A stretch of DNA of 32,000 nt from an uncultured Candidatus Saccharibacteria bacterium (GTDB lineage Bacteria > Patescibacteriota > UBA1384 > XYA2-FULL-43-10 > 1-14-0-10-43-13). This document shows, one piece after another, positions 9,530 to 19,303 of the stretch. Position numbers and translations under genes: made by a program. The notes below the pieces were generated by a model, which saw nothing but the letters and a program-made list of their open reading frames with translations, was not told the DNA's origin and searched no databases. The stretch covers positions 390,001-422,000 of the forward strand of contig CAZIYE010000001.1 of assembly GCA_964543385.1 (NCBI GenBank), in the 5' to 3' direction. The number at the start of each line of letters is the position of its first letter. Position 1 is the stretch's first letter.

Positions 9530-10942
9530 CTAATGAGTATTGCTGTCTATTTCGCTCTGAGGTGGTATTTTGGAGATTATCTGCTGTTGGCTCTTATCAA
9601 TATTTGTCCTTGTAAAAGGAAAAGTTATCGTGAATTGGCTGCCAGAATTTTCCATACTATCGACAAAAATCTCCCCCCTCATCTTTTCGACCATTTCTTT
9701 AGTTATCCAAAGCCCTAGTCCAGTACCAGGGATATCTCTGGTGGCATCTGTTTTGATCCTGTAGAATTTTGTAAATAAATTTTTCCGCGATTCTGGAGAC
9801 ATTCCGACACCAGTATCTTTTATAATTGTTTTTATCCTGTCTTTATCAATGACATGGTAAATATTCACGCTACCAGAAAGCGTATACTTTATTGCGTTAC
9901 CTATTATATTTGTCAATACTTCTCGCAATCGGTTTTGGTCTGCAGAAATCTCGATATCATTCATCGGCTCATACTTCAACTCTAGGTTCTTTTCTTGGGC
10001 CTGAATGGAAAGATTATCGACTACCTCGCCAACAAATTTACTCATATTTAGAGGTTCAAACTCAAATTGCAAACGACCTTGTTCTAGCCGCGAAACATTA
10101 AGTAGATCATTTACAAGATCATTTAGACGTGAAGCCTGTTTGTCAACAATACCAATATTCGCCCTTGCTTTCTCGTCAATTGAACCGCCGACACCATCTA
10201 CAATATTTGAAAGATACCCCCTGATTGCGGCTATTGGAGTCTTCAGTTCATGTGAAGCGATTGAAATAAAATCATCCTTCATTTGGTCTACTTCCTGAAG
10301 CTTTCTGACAAGCATTGCCCTTTCGAAGAAACGAAAATGATTTATCAACAAAAGCAAAATAATTATTATTGTAGCGATTAATACAATAAACGAACGTTCA
10401 AATGACTCCTGAACCAATTCGTCGATACTCTTCAATGACACTTTTGTGTCAATCAAACCCAACTTATTTTCCCCATTTGCTACTAAGTTAGTCACAGACC
10501 ACACTCGCATAGAAGAATTTGAACTATCGGCATAGCTACCTAGGATAGCTACAGGCTTATTTTCTTTCCAAGCAATATCCGACTGATAACCTTCTGCGAC
10601 CGTGTCTATCTTTTCCTTACTTGTGCTAGCCAAAACAACAAAGTTTTCTCCGTCTCTTGTTAGGATAGAGACCTCCATAACATCTTTAGCATTGACCTTA
10701 ATCTTCTCCAGCTTAGTCTGTGCTAATGTTTTATTAGAAAAAATTTCCGAATCAGCAACACTGGCGAATATTTCGTTCGCCAATACTGCTTTCTCGTGCA
10801 GCTCATTATCCATATTTTGCTTAGCAGATTGCCAAATCCAAAAAATATTTCCAACTAACAACGTCGGAATTAGGACAACGAGAAGGATAGAATACACGAG
10901 CTCAAACTTACTATTCGCCTTTTGACTCAGAATCGGTTTCAT
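9530..10942 (-). CDS. Sensor histidine kinase (no response regulator in the window)
   Basis: H-box SHELKTPIAAIRGY, N-box NIIGNAIKYT, G-boxes DTGVGM and GTGLGLWI. Two TM helices flank an extracytoplasmic domain. Start is uncertain (ATG at 10942, 10954 or 11020), and all choices overlap the upstream ORF. Confidence 0.88.
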   Translation of the reverse strand: MKPILSQKANSKFELVYSILLVVLIPTLLVGNIFWIWQSAKQNMDNELHEKAVLANEIFASVADSEIFSNKTLAQTKLEKIKVNAKDVMEVSILTRDGENFVVLASTSKEKIDTVAEGYQSDIAWKENKPVAILGSYADSSNSSMRVWSVTNLVANGENKLGLIDTKVSLKSIDELVQESFERSFIVLIATIIIILLLLINHFRFFERAMLVRKLQEVDQMKDDFISIASHELKTPIAAIRGYLSNIVDGVGGSIDEKARANIGIVDKQASRLNDLVNDLLNVSRLEQGRLQFEFEPLNMSKFVGEVVDNLSIQAQEKNLELKYEPMNDIEISADQNRLREVLTNIIGNAIKYTLSGSVNIYHVIDKDRIKTIIKDTGVGMSPESRKNLFTKFYRIKTDATRDIPGTGLGLWITKEMVEKMRGEIFVDSMENSGSQFTITFPFTRTNIDKSQQQIISKIPPQSEIDSNTH

Positions 10943-12119
10943 CCGCCTCCACATATCTAAATTTACGCAAACCGAAAAACAAAATTGCCAGAACTGCCAA
11001 ACCAACAACGATAGTAACATAAACTATATAGTTTTTTATCATTCCGTAGAATGGATCATCTAAAACTATACCTTTGTTACCAGGGATATCCAACATTGAC
11101 GAAGCAGCTCGAGCCTTTGAAATAAAGAAGCTTTTTGCTTCAGTGCGTAGAATCTCTTTAGTTTGAGGGTCCTCAATCAACACGTAGCTCTCATGTTTCC
11201 CAGTATCAAGTGGTCTATCGAGTATGTATTGCCAATTGCCATTTTCGTCTGCCTTGACCGACACGACTATCGGATCGCTAAAAATATATAGATATATTAT
11301 AGAATTTGGCTTAGCTTTACCAGAAAAAGAAATTGCATCTTTTTTATTCGTACTATTAGCTGTATCAGCCGAGGACAACTCAATATTTTTGACACTTTCT
11401 ATGGTAACCATCGCTTGGTTATCAGACCTCATAACATTCGTGGACTTAATCTGCTCAATACTTTTGACGAACTTTTCGGGTAAGATCGTTGAATCAACAG
11501 CAACTTGACTGGAAGCTATTTGATCAGCATTAGGGCTTGAACTACTAGCTTGGTCACCAGATGTAGTTATGGGCGCCTCTGATTGTTGTATTGAGGGCTG
11601 CTTATAACCAGTCGGCTTTGGGTCTATAATATTGGATCCTGTTTTCGAAGCTATCGATGTATCAGTGGATAATCCAGTTGAGGTCTGTGAAACCGGAGTC
11701 TTTATAACATAGCTAACCATGTTGGATTGGCCAAAAACACTAGTTCCAGCATCAGCTACGGCGTAAGAGGTGTAATTACCCGGTGTGAAATTAGTGGTTG
11801 GCAACACAAGAAACCATGTTCCATCCGACATTCTAATGGGAATATTAATTCTTGTCTCACCATTATCACTCCTGCTATAAATAGTAACTGCCGTTAAGCC
11901 TAGAGGTGTTACTTTCATACTAATTCTACTGTCTTCAACCGAAATAGCCAGAATTGGTTTTGGCAAATTGGCATTCGCTAATGGAATAATTGCTGGATTA
12001 TTGCTTCCGACTGTTTGATCAATTAGGGCATTGGCCAAAGTACGATTAGCAACAAAAAAACCAGCTACCATCAAAAATAATATCGATAGCAAACCGAGCG
12101 CAAAATAGACCTTTTTCAT
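10911..12119 (-). CDS. Hypothetical surface or membrane-anchored protein (402 aa)
   Basis: N-terminal signal/TM segment (LGLLSILFLMVAGFFV), a Ser/Thr/Gln-rich linker, a beta-rich Ig-like-looking C-domain and a C-terminal TM anchor. SD is AGGAGGGG. Confidence 0.6.
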   Translation of the reverse strand: MKKVYFALGLLSILFLMVAGFFVANRTLANALIDQTVGSNNPAIIPLANANLPKPILAISVEDSRISMKVTPLGLTAVTIYSRSDNGETRINIPIRMSDGTWFLVLPTTNFTPGNYTSYAVADAGTSVFGQSNMVSYVIKTPVSQTSTGLSTDTSIASKTGSNIIDPKPTGYKQPSIQQSEAPITTSGDQASSSSPNADQIASSQVAVDSTILPEKFVKSIEQIKSTNVMRSDNQAMVTIESVKNIELSSADTANSTNKKDAISFSGKAKPNSIIYLYIFSDPIVVSVKADENGNWQYILDRPLDTGKHESYVLIEDPQTKEILRTEAKSFFISKARAASSMLDIPGNKGIVLDDPFYGMIKNYIVYVTIVVGLAVLAILFFGLRKFRYVEADETDSESKGE

Positions 12120-12139
12120 CCCCTCCTGTTCTTTTTCTT

Positions 12140-13042
12140 TTAGTGTTCAAGATACATTTTAACAAATCTTTTTACTTCTGGGAAATCACCTAGCCAATTT
12201 ATCTCCGGAAAACGTTTAAACCATGTGATTTGACGACGAGCGAATTGATGAATTTTGTATTTAAGTTGCTGCTTCATTGCTTCTTGCGATTTATCAGTAC
12301 TATCATCAGCCAAATACTGTGTTATTTCTCGATATTCCAATCCTAAGTTTATCAACCATTCCTTACTCACACCTCGCTCCAAAAGTCCTGTAACCTCTTC
12401 TAGCATTCCAGCTTCAAACCTTTCATCAACCCGACGATCAATTCTTTCGTGAAGTTCTTTTCTATAAACCTCTATACCAATTTGAAGAACTTCAAAGTCA
12501 GGTTTTTTCTTGATTGGTTCTAGCCCTTCTTGAGCTAATTCAATAGCACGTATCAAGCGGTGATTATTTTTTTTATCAACCATTTCAAGCTTATCAGGAT
12601 CAATTTCATACAAAATTTTGCACAATTCGTCAGCAGATTTATTTTCAAGATCTTTTCTTAAGAAATTTATTTTTTGTTTCTTGTCTTTTGTTTTTTGTAA
12701 ATAAAATCCTTCTACTAATCCCTGAATATACAACCCTGTTCCTCCCACAATTATTGGTAGCTTTCCTCGATCACAAATATCATCTATTTTAGCTCTAGCC
12801 AAAGGCAAATAATCAAACAATGTCATCTTTTCTTCTGGTTCAACAATGTCAATCATATGGTATTTGACACCATCATATTCCGATAGATCTTTCCCTGTGC
12901 CTAAATCAAGCCCACAATAAACTTGGCGAGAGTCCGCAGAAATTATTTCTCCATCAAATTCCTTTGCTAATCTAACGCCAACAGTAGTTTTTCCGGATGC
13001 TGTTGGCCCGACAATGGCTACTACCTTCTTTCGATTGGTCAT
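12140..13042 (-). CDS. miaA: tRNA dimethylallyltransferase
   Basis: P-loop GPTASGKT, then ISADSRQVYCGLDLGTGK and GGTGLY motifs. 300 aa. Confidence 0.95.
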   Translation of the reverse strand: MTNRKKVVAIVGPTASGKTTVGVRLAKEFDGEIISADSRQVYCGLDLGTGKDLSEYDGVKYHMIDIVEPEEKMTLFDYLPLARAKIDDICDRGKLPIIVGGTGLYIQGLVEGFYLQKTKDKKQKINFLRKDLENKSADELCKILYEIDPDKLEMVDKKNNHRLIRAIELAQEGLEPIKKKPDFEVLQIGIEVYRKELHERIDRRVDERFEAGMLEEVTGLLERGVSKEWLINLGLEYREITQYLADDSTDKSQEAMKQQLKYKIHQFARRQITWFKRFPEINWLGDFPEVKRFVKMYLEH

Positions 13043-13058
13043 CTCTTAATGTTCCTGC

Positions 13059-13088
13059 TTGATTTATTTGATCATTTGCTTATATAAT
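13059..13088 (+). promoter_or_regulatory. Candidate sigma70-like promoter of the ABC-2 operon, in the divergent spacer with miaA
   Basis: TTGATT (13059-13064), an 18-nt spacer and TATAAT (13083-13088). Confidence 0.3.
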
Positions 13089-13154
13089 TTATCTATAATA
13101 GTTACTCGCTTGGAGGGATTTTACCAAATTTTGGATAAAAAATCTATTTTGCTT

Positions 13155-13862
13155 ATGATCAGCATTGATAAACTTACAAAAAAATACGAAGGACAGACCA
13201 TTGTCGATAATATTAGCCTAAAGATTAACAAAGGCTCTATCTTCGGTTTTTTGGGCCCAAATGGCGCCGGCAAAACCACTACAGTCAAAATGATCGTAGG
13301 TCTTTCTTGCCCGTCCAGTGGGAAAATTGAATTGGATAGCAAAAAAATAAATCTTGGGCAAATTGGCTATATGCCGGAAGATCCTTATTTTTATGATCGC
13401 TTAACAGCTGCAGAGTTTCTCAATTTTGTTAAAAGTCTTTTTCCTAATCAAAAAACAACATTAAAAACAAAGGAATGTCTAGAAATGGTTGGGCTAGAAA
13501 AATCAGGAAACAAACAAATATATAATTTTTCAAAAGGCATGAAACAGCGCCTAGGACTCGCCCAAGCAATTATTAATGACCCGGAATATCTTTTCCTAGA
13601 TGAGCCTCTCGATGGACTTGACCCGATCGGAAGATTGGAGTTCAAAAAAATAATCTTGAGTTTAAAGAAACAGGGCAAAACAATATTTTTTAATTCTCAT
13701 GTTCTTTCCGACGTCGAAGAAATCTGTGATGCAATAGGAATACTAAACCATGGCAAATTAATCTACTCAGGATCTATCAAAGATTTTTCCGGCAAAGAAT
13801 CGCTAGAAAAAAAGTTCGTTGAGATAATAACCAAACAGACAATTTCGCAGAACAATGAATAA
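13155..13862 (+). CDS. ABC transporter ATP-binding protein (ABC-2/CcmA-like)
   Basis: Walker A GPNGAGKTT, signature SKGMKQRL, Walker B LFLDEPLDGLD, H-loop NSH. I prefer the ATG at 13155 (MISIDKLTKKYEG); the track start at 13059 is a TTG extension. Confidence 0.9.
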   Translation: MISIDKLTKKYEGQTIVDNISLKINKGSIFGFLGPNGAGKTTTVKMIVGLSCPSSGKIELDSKKINLGQIGYMPEDPYFYDRLTAAEFLNFVKSLFPNQKTTLKTKECLEMVGLEKSGNKQIYNFSKGMKQRLGLAQAIINDPEYLFLDEPLDGLDPIGRLEFKKIILSLKKQGKTIFFNSHVLSDVEEICDAIGILNHGKLIYSGSIKDFSGKESLEKKFVEIITKQTISQNNE

Positions 13863-14352
13863 AAAAATAAAATTAAAAATTGGTGTCATTATAGAAGATG
13901 ACAATGGCAGGATTTTCCTTCAAAAAGAAAAGTTCTCTAGGAATCTAGTTCATAAATGGAATATTATTACCGGCAGTTTCGAAGAAAAAGACAATTGCAT
14001 GCCAGATACAGCGATTAGAGAATGCAAGGAAGAGGCCAATCTTGATATCAAATTGACAGGAATATTTCAGGTATTAACTATCAACAAATCTGGTGGCTAT
14101 AAGATATATGTAATTTTTACAGCTAAACCCTTAAGTGGCCACGCGTTGTCACACCAGTCACTCCAAGAAAAGTTTGGAGAGAGCATAATCGAACAAAAGT
14201 GGTTTACAAAAGAAGAGATCGCAAACATAAATAAGAGCGATTTTGTGACAAGTTCTTTAGCCGCAACAATCAGCCAATATGCTTCGAGCGACCATGCCAC
14301 GATAATGCCTCTCCTCAACTTACAACATTTTGAGGGGGAGTGTTACAATTAG
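13855..14352 (+). CDS. NUDIX hydrolase
   Basis: Nudix box GSFEEKDNCMPDTAIRECKEEANL. Its start overlaps the ABC ATPase stop by 8 nt (ATGAATAA). Confidence 0.8.
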   Translation: MNKKIKLKIGVIIEDDNGRIFLQKEKFSRNLVHKWNIITGSFEEKDNCMPDTAIRECKEEANLDIKLTGIFQVLTINKSGGYKIYVIFTAKPLSGHALSHQSLQEKFGESIIEQKWFTKEEIANINKSDFVTSSLAATISQYASSDHATIMPLLNLQHFEGECYN

Positions 14353-14385
14353 AATCGTAATATTTATCAGTTTATACACCAATTT

Positions 14386-15150
14386 ATGAATAACATCATT
14401 TCTATCGCTAAAAATACCTTTAAAGAAACTGTCCGAGATAGGATTCTTTATGGCATAGTGGCATTTGCTCTGCTTTTTCTGGTTTCGACGATATTTATCA
14501 GCTCGCTTTCCCTTGGGGAAGATATCAAGGTAACAAAAGACCTTGGTCTAGCAGGGATCTACATATTTAGTATTATAATTACTATTTTCTTAGGATCTTC
14601 TCTCATTCATAAAGAACTAGAGAAGAGAACTATCTATATTGTCCTTTCTAAACCTGTCTCTTCTCTAGAATTTATTCTAGGTAAATTTCTAGGCTTATTC
14701 ACTAGTATAAACCTTAACCTTTTGCTAATGACAATTGCATACCTTGCATTAGTAGCTTACAAAGGCGGAGGTTTCGATTATATGTCCCTTTTCTCTATAC
14801 TTCTTCTGATGTTTGAACTTGCGATTTTTGTAGCCCTAACTCTCCTCTTCTCTGTATTTACAACTCCACTTGCAAGCATGATATATTCGATGATAATTCT
14901 CTATGCTGGACACTCACTATCAATGCTGACAAAAACAGCTGAAAAATCTGGAAATTTATTTGCAAAAACTTTATCTTACGCGGCATATTACGGATTTCCC
15001 AATCTTGAGAAATTCAACATTCGCAATTCTGTTGTGTACGGCATGACTCCAGATGCGAGTCAGATCATATTTCCTATTTTATATTCAACTATCCTTATCA
15101 CAATTTTGCTATGGCTAGCTACCATAGCAATTAAGAAACAAGATCTATAA
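14386..15150 (+). CDS. ABC-2 type transporter permease (about six TM helices)
   Basis: A polytopic membrane protein of 254 aa in the same operon as the ABC ATPase. The first TM is followed by a long loop, as in ABC-2 permeases. Confidence 0.6.
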   Translation: MNNIISIAKNTFKETVRDRILYGIVAFALLFLVSTIFISSLSLGEDIKVTKDLGLAGIYIFSIIITIFLGSSLIHKELEKRTIYIVLSKPVSSLEFILGKFLGLFTSINLNLLLMTIAYLALVAYKGGGFDYMSLFSILLLMFELAIFVALTLLFSVFTTPLASMIYSMIILYAGHSLSMLTKTAEKSGNLFAKTLSYAAYYGFPNLEKFNIRNSVVYGMTPDASQIIFPILYSTILITILLWLATIAIKKQDL

Positions 15151-15151
15151 A

Positions 15152-15946
15152 ATGGCCAAAAGAATATATTTAACAGCTGTTTTTTCATTACTCGCCGCAG
15201 GATTATTCACAACCCAATACTTTTTTGATCAGAATAAAAAAAGGCAAATTCCGATAGAACCAATCGTTTTGAGCTCAGAAATCATTAAGATTGTAGATCT
15301 GGGTTTACACAATGCAGCAGCCGATTTTGCCTGGTTGTCAGCAATTCAGTATTTTGGTGGACCATCAAAAAGTAATTACGAAAAAATAGATGATTATTTA
15401 TATCTCGCTTCAGATTTAGATCCCAAATTTGCATATCCCTATGCATTTAGTTCGATAGTGCTACCATCAGTCAACCAGACAGACAAAGCTATTGAATTGG
15501 CAAAGAAGGGCATTGCCGAGGCTACACCAGATTGGCGCATCCCCTATTTTTTAGCAACCACCTATCATATAGATAAAGAAGATAGCAAAAATGCATCCTA
15601 TTATTTTGATCTTGCCGCTCATACAAAAGGGGCGCCAGAGGGAGCAAGGAAAGTTGCTGCAACATATGGATCACGTCCAGACATTAGAGACCAAACAAAA
15701 CAAATTTGGCTTGGTATATATGAAAGTTCAAATGATGAGATAGTAAAAGAAAGAGCCAAGAATTATATTATCCATTTCGAAATACTTTCTTTTCTAGAAG
15801 AAGCAGCCAGACAATACAAAAAGCAATTCCAGAAATTCCCAGTAACACCCGAGGAAATGATCCCGTCAATTCTTAAAAATGTTCCTAACGATCCTTTAGG
15901 TCTGCAGATCAAATTCGACGAAAACGGTCGGGCAGTGATAAAATAA
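15152..15946 (+). CDS. Hypothetical membrane-anchored helical-repeat (TPR-like) protein
   Basis: N-terminal TM segment (LTAVFSLLAAGLF) followed by helical repeats. Its start is 1 nt after the permease stop, suggesting translational coupling. Confidence 0.5.
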   Translation: MAKRIYLTAVFSLLAAGLFTTQYFFDQNKKRQIPIEPIVLSSEIIKIVDLGLHNAAADFAWLSAIQYFGGPSKSNYEKIDDYLYLASDLDPKFAYPYAFSSIVLPSVNQTDKAIELAKKGIAEATPDWRIPYFLATTYHIDKEDSKNASYYFDLAAHTKGAPEGARKVAATYGSRPDIRDQTKQIWLGIYESSNDEIVKERAKNYIIHFEILSFLEEAARQYKKQFQKFPVTPEEMIPSILKNVPNDPLGLQIKFDENGRAVIK

Positions 15947-15984
15947 GAGAATAAAAATTATACTAGAAAGTAGAGGTTCAAAGA

Positions 15985-17727
15985 ATGCATAAAGGAGAAT
16001 CTATATCAAAAATTATTTTCTCGGTTATTGCTACATTATTTTTTATTTATCCAACATCTATACAAGCGCGTGATACTTCTAAAATTACCGATTGGTATAT
16101 AAAGGATTTCAAAAGTAAAATTATCGTCAACAGAGATTCCAGCCTCGATATTACGGAAGAAATTACCGCTGATTGTGGAAATTTGCCTGATAAACACGGA
16201 ATCTTTAGAAGCCTCCCGGCCTATTACCAGAGAACAATGAATGAAGAGGTGAAAACACCTATTAAACTTTTAGGTATAACTGGATCTGAAGGACAGTCAA
16301 TTGAATATTCGACAATAAAAAATAACAATTCTATCACCTGGAAAATCGGTGACACAAATAAAACAGTTACCGGTGAAAATACCTATATCATCAGATATAA
16401 AGTAAAAAATACTATTCGTTTTGCAGACAGCGGGGACTTCGATGAACTTTATTGGAACTTAAATGGCAATTTCTGGCAGATTGAGACCGATAAGTTCATC
16501 GGCACTATAAAATTTCCCCAAGAAATAACAAAAGACAATACAACTATTTCCTCTTATTCTGGTAAAACGGGTATAAACAGCAATAATCTTGCATCTTATT
16601 CATGGATCGATAAAAATACTCTACAAGTTACCTCCAAGACAATTCTAAAAGCAGGAGAAGGCATAACCGCTTCAATCACATTCCCCAAAAATATTATCTC
16701 GCCCTACACACCTCCGTTTATGGAAAAATACGGCTTCTTCATCTTTTTACTTTTTCCACTTTTGGTTTTCGTCTTCGCATTTCGATATTGGTCAAAATAT
16801 GGCAAAGATCCTAGGCTAGACAATCCAGAAATGGCTCAATACGATCCACCTGAGAAGATGACACCTCTTGAAATCGGTATGATAATCTCAAACGGCAGAT
16901 TTGACGCCAAATTCGTCTCTGCTTGCATCGTCGACTTAGCCGTCAGGAAATTTATCGTCATCGAAGAAGTAACCAAGAAAGGGATGTTTGGCAAAAAAGA
17001 TTTCCTCCTTCGCCGGCTCAATGACCAAGAAACCAATTTAACAGAGGCAGAGAAAGAATTAATGACAGATTTATTCGTCGGCGAAAAAGCAGTCAGAATA
17101 TCTGATCTGCAGAACAAATTCTACTTGAGTCTGCCTAAAATCTCTAAAAAGGTTATGGATAAATTTTACTCAGAAGCCATCTTTGATCAAAAAGCCCAAT
17201 CAAAGATGACAACTTTACTTGTGATTGGATTTATTCTCCTGGCAATTGGTGGATATATCGCCTCCTTCAATCTGATACTTGGAATAAATATAATGCTAGG
17301 CGCTATTATAACGATCATTTTCGGTATCCTCATGCCCAGACGTACCGAAAAGGGCGCCGATCTCCTCTGGAAAGCCCAGGGCTTTCGACTATTTATCAAG
17401 ATGACTGAGAAATATCGCCAAGAGTTCAATGAGAAGGAAAACATTTTCGAAAAATTCCTGCCCTACGCCATGGTCTTCGGACTTGTCTCGGTCTGGGTCA
17501 ACAATATGAAAAAGATTTATGGCGAACAATACTTCGCGACCTACCACCCCTACTGGTACACCGGCCATACCTTTGCCAATTTCGACGCCAACAAATTCAA
17601 TTCAATGATCTCAGATCTCTCAAACAACATGGCAACAACAATGGCATCAAATCCCTCATCCTCAGGCAGTGGTGGTGGTGGCTTCTCCGGTGGCGGAGGG
17701 GGCGGAGGGGGCGGTGGCGGTTGGTAA
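15985..17727 (+). CDS. DUF2207-like membrane protein
   Basis: 580 aa. Signal/TM segment, a large extracytoplasmic beta-rich domain, several TM helices, and a Gly tail SGSGGGGFSGGGGGGGGGGGW. I recall that tail as typical of DUF2207. Confidence 0.65.
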   Translation: MHKGESISKIIFSVIATLFFIYPTSIQARDTSKITDWYIKDFKSKIIVNRDSSLDITEEITADCGNLPDKHGIFRSLPAYYQRTMNEEVKTPIKLLGITGSEGQSIEYSTIKNNNSITWKIGDTNKTVTGENTYIIRYKVKNTIRFADSGDFDELYWNLNGNFWQIETDKFIGTIKFPQEITKDNTTISSYSGKTGINSNNLASYSWIDKNTLQVTSKTILKAGEGITASITFPKNIISPYTPPFMEKYGFFIFLLFPLLVFVFAFRYWSKYGKDPRLDNPEMAQYDPPEKMTPLEIGMIISNGRFDAKFVSACIVDLAVRKFIVIEEVTKKGMFGKKDFLLRRLNDQETNLTEAEKELMTDLFVGEKAVRISDLQNKFYLSLPKISKKVMDKFYSEAIFDQKAQSKMTTLLVIGFILLAIGGYIASFNLILGINIMLGAIITIIFGILMPRRTEKGADLLWKAQGFRLFIKMTEKYRQEFNEKENIFEKFLPYAMVFGLVSVWVNNMKKIYGEQYFATYHPYWYTGHTFANFDANKFNSMISDLSNNMATTMASNPSSSGSGGGGFSGGGGGGGGGGGW

Positions 17728-17740
17728 AATATTTATAACG

Positions 17741-17776
17741 AAAAAAGGCAGACGGAAAGACCATCTGCCTTTTTTT
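17741..17776. terminator. Bidirectional intrinsic terminator
   Basis: AAAAAA-GGCAGA-(11 nt)-TCTGCC-TTTTTTT, between convergent genes. Confidence 0.8.
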
Positions 17777-17787
17777 AATAGAAAATC

Positions 17788-18135
17788 TTATGCTTGAGAA
17801 ACGACAGACTCAGAATATTTTGAATCATCGAAAGCAATTATTGGATAGCCAATAAAACTAAACAATCCGAGAAAAAAGAAACCGAAGGCAGCGCTCTTGC
17901 CGAACCGCTTTGCCAGCTCAATTGCGATGATAAATGCTATCACGATATTGACAATTGGCACTAACAATAGGATGAACCACCAGACAGGTTTGTTAACAAT
18001 CTGCAATTGAACGATAATATTGTAGATTGGTATAATACTTGCCCAACCAGCCTTCCCTGCTTTTAAAAACATTTTCCACAGTGACACAATCATTAACACA
18101 CCCACTAATATCCCTACCCACATCGAACCGTCCAT
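17788..18135 (-). CDS. DUF5684-like small membrane protein
   Basis: Pattern WKMFLKAGKAGWASIIPIYN...PVWWFILLLVPIVNIV...FGKSAAFGFF (family recalled from memory). SD is GGAGGA. Confidence 0.5.
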   Translation of the reverse strand: MDGSMWVGILVGVLMIVSLWKMFLKAGKAGWASIIPIYNIIVQLQIVNKPVWWFILLLVPIVNIVIAFIIAIELAKRFGKSAAFGFFFLGLFSFIGYPIIAFDDSKYSESVVSQA

Positions 18136-18165
18136 AATCCTCCATTTTACTAATTATATATAAAA

Positions 18166-18369
18166 TTATTCTTTATTTGGAAAACTGAAACGAGCTATTT
18201 TTTCTGCAAATATAATTAGTAATGCACCTAAAATTAAAGCAACTACTCCATATAGAGGCTTCGCCCAGATATAGAGCACCCAAGAAAGTCCGACTAGCAA
18301 TACACCACCTATGTAATTTCGTATTTTATCAATTTTGTAGGCAATGTTATCAGACTTTTTACTTTTCAT
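18166..18369 (-). CDS. Hypothetical 67-aa two-TM protein
   Basis: The ORF has two hydrophobic helices and backbone composition. Confidence 0.4.
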   Translation of the reverse strand: MKSKKSDNIAYKIDKIRNYIGGVLLVGLSWVLYIWAKPLYGVVALILGALLIIFAEKIARFSFPNKE

Positions 18370-18417
18370 TTTTCCTTTACTGAATTAAATATTAATAATA
18401 AACGAATAATAATAGAT

Positions 18418-19002
18418 CTATCCCCTTGTCCGCTCAAACAAAGCGATTACCACTCCAGAAAAAGCAATCAGGGTCTTTTCTTCTTCTGACAAATCCCTCA
18501 GATTATCTATTCCAAAATTGCTTTCAAAAAATGATCTCTTCTTAGTTACCCTAGCTACATCCTGTCCATCATTATCAATTATCTTAAATTTAGGGTTAAG
18601 GAAAAGCCCACAAAATATGCCAACAAGTGGTATTTCGCCTACTAATGCATCAACAAACTTTATTATTGGATTCTCTTCAATAATTTTATATTTAACATTA
18701 CCATCAATAATAATCTCCCATTGACCCTTAATCAGAGATTTCCATCCTGAGCGCTTCAAAGATACAATTGCCCTACCATTGCTGTCAGATATATCTAGCC
18801 GTGGTGAAAAATCGATTATCCTATCTGCATTGATCTGATAGAGCTCTTTTCCCTTTTGACGATTATTATAAATAATAATTTTTTCCTTAAGCTTCCAATA
18901 TTGCTTATAGATATAAAACAACTCTTTACCATCTTTGTCAGAAAGATAAACTTGGGGAACAAAAGCCAATATTTTAAATTTTAGATTCAATGGGAATTCC
19001 AT
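18418..19002 (-). CDS. Hypothetical protein, possibly LURP-one/scramblase (Tubby C-terminal-like) fold
   Basis: Repeated beta-strand pattern with x-D-x-x-G-K/R motifs (LSDKDGKELF, ISDSNGRAIV, IIDNDGQDVA). I prefer the ATG at 19002 over the GTG at 19008. Confidence 0.4.
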   Translation of the reverse strand: MEFPLNLKFKILAFVPQVYLSDKDGKELFYIYKQYWKLKEKIIIYNNRQKGKELYQINADRIIDFSPRLDISDSNGRAIVSLKRSGWKSLIKGQWEIIIDGNVKYKIIEENPIIKFVDALVGEIPLVGIFCGLFLNPKFKIIDNDGQDVARVTKKRSFFESNFGIDNLRDLSEEEKTLIAFSGVVIALFERTRG

Positions 19003-19093
19003 AAACACCTTTTTTTATTTATTAAATTATTATAGCAATTTACCATTATAGCTTACAAATAAAAAATACTATCTTGCGATAGCATCCTTTATT

Positions 19094-19177
19094 TGGTGCC
19101 CGGGAGAGGACTCGAACCTCCACGGCTTGCGCCACCAGTTCCTAAGACTGGCGTGTATACCATTTCACCACCCGGGC
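19094..19177 (-). tRNA. tRNA-Leu (anticodon UAG), class II long variable arm, CCA encoded
   Basis: Minus strand reads GCCCGGGTGGTGAAATGGTATACACGCCAGTCTTAGGAACTGGTGGCGCAAGCCGTGGAGGTTCGAGTCCTCTCCCGGGCACCA. It has a perfect 7-bp acceptor stem, anticodon loop CTTAGGA and T-loop TTCGAGT. Confidence 0.95.
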
Positions 19178-19303
19178 AATGACAGGATTATATTATAAAT
19201 TCCCTGTTTTTTCAAGACGAAACCACTCGCCTATCTTAACCATTGCCTAAATAATCTATTTTCGGTATCATGATGCAGATCATTAATAAAACAAAAAACA
19301 ACT

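Noticed and set aside
17665-17727. G-rich tract (GGTGGTGGTGGC...GGAGGGGGCGGAGGGGGCGGTGGCGG) as a G-quadruplex or regulatory element.
   Set aside because: It is in frame and encodes the poly-Gly tail characteristic of DUF2207-type proteins. No separate function needs to be invoked.
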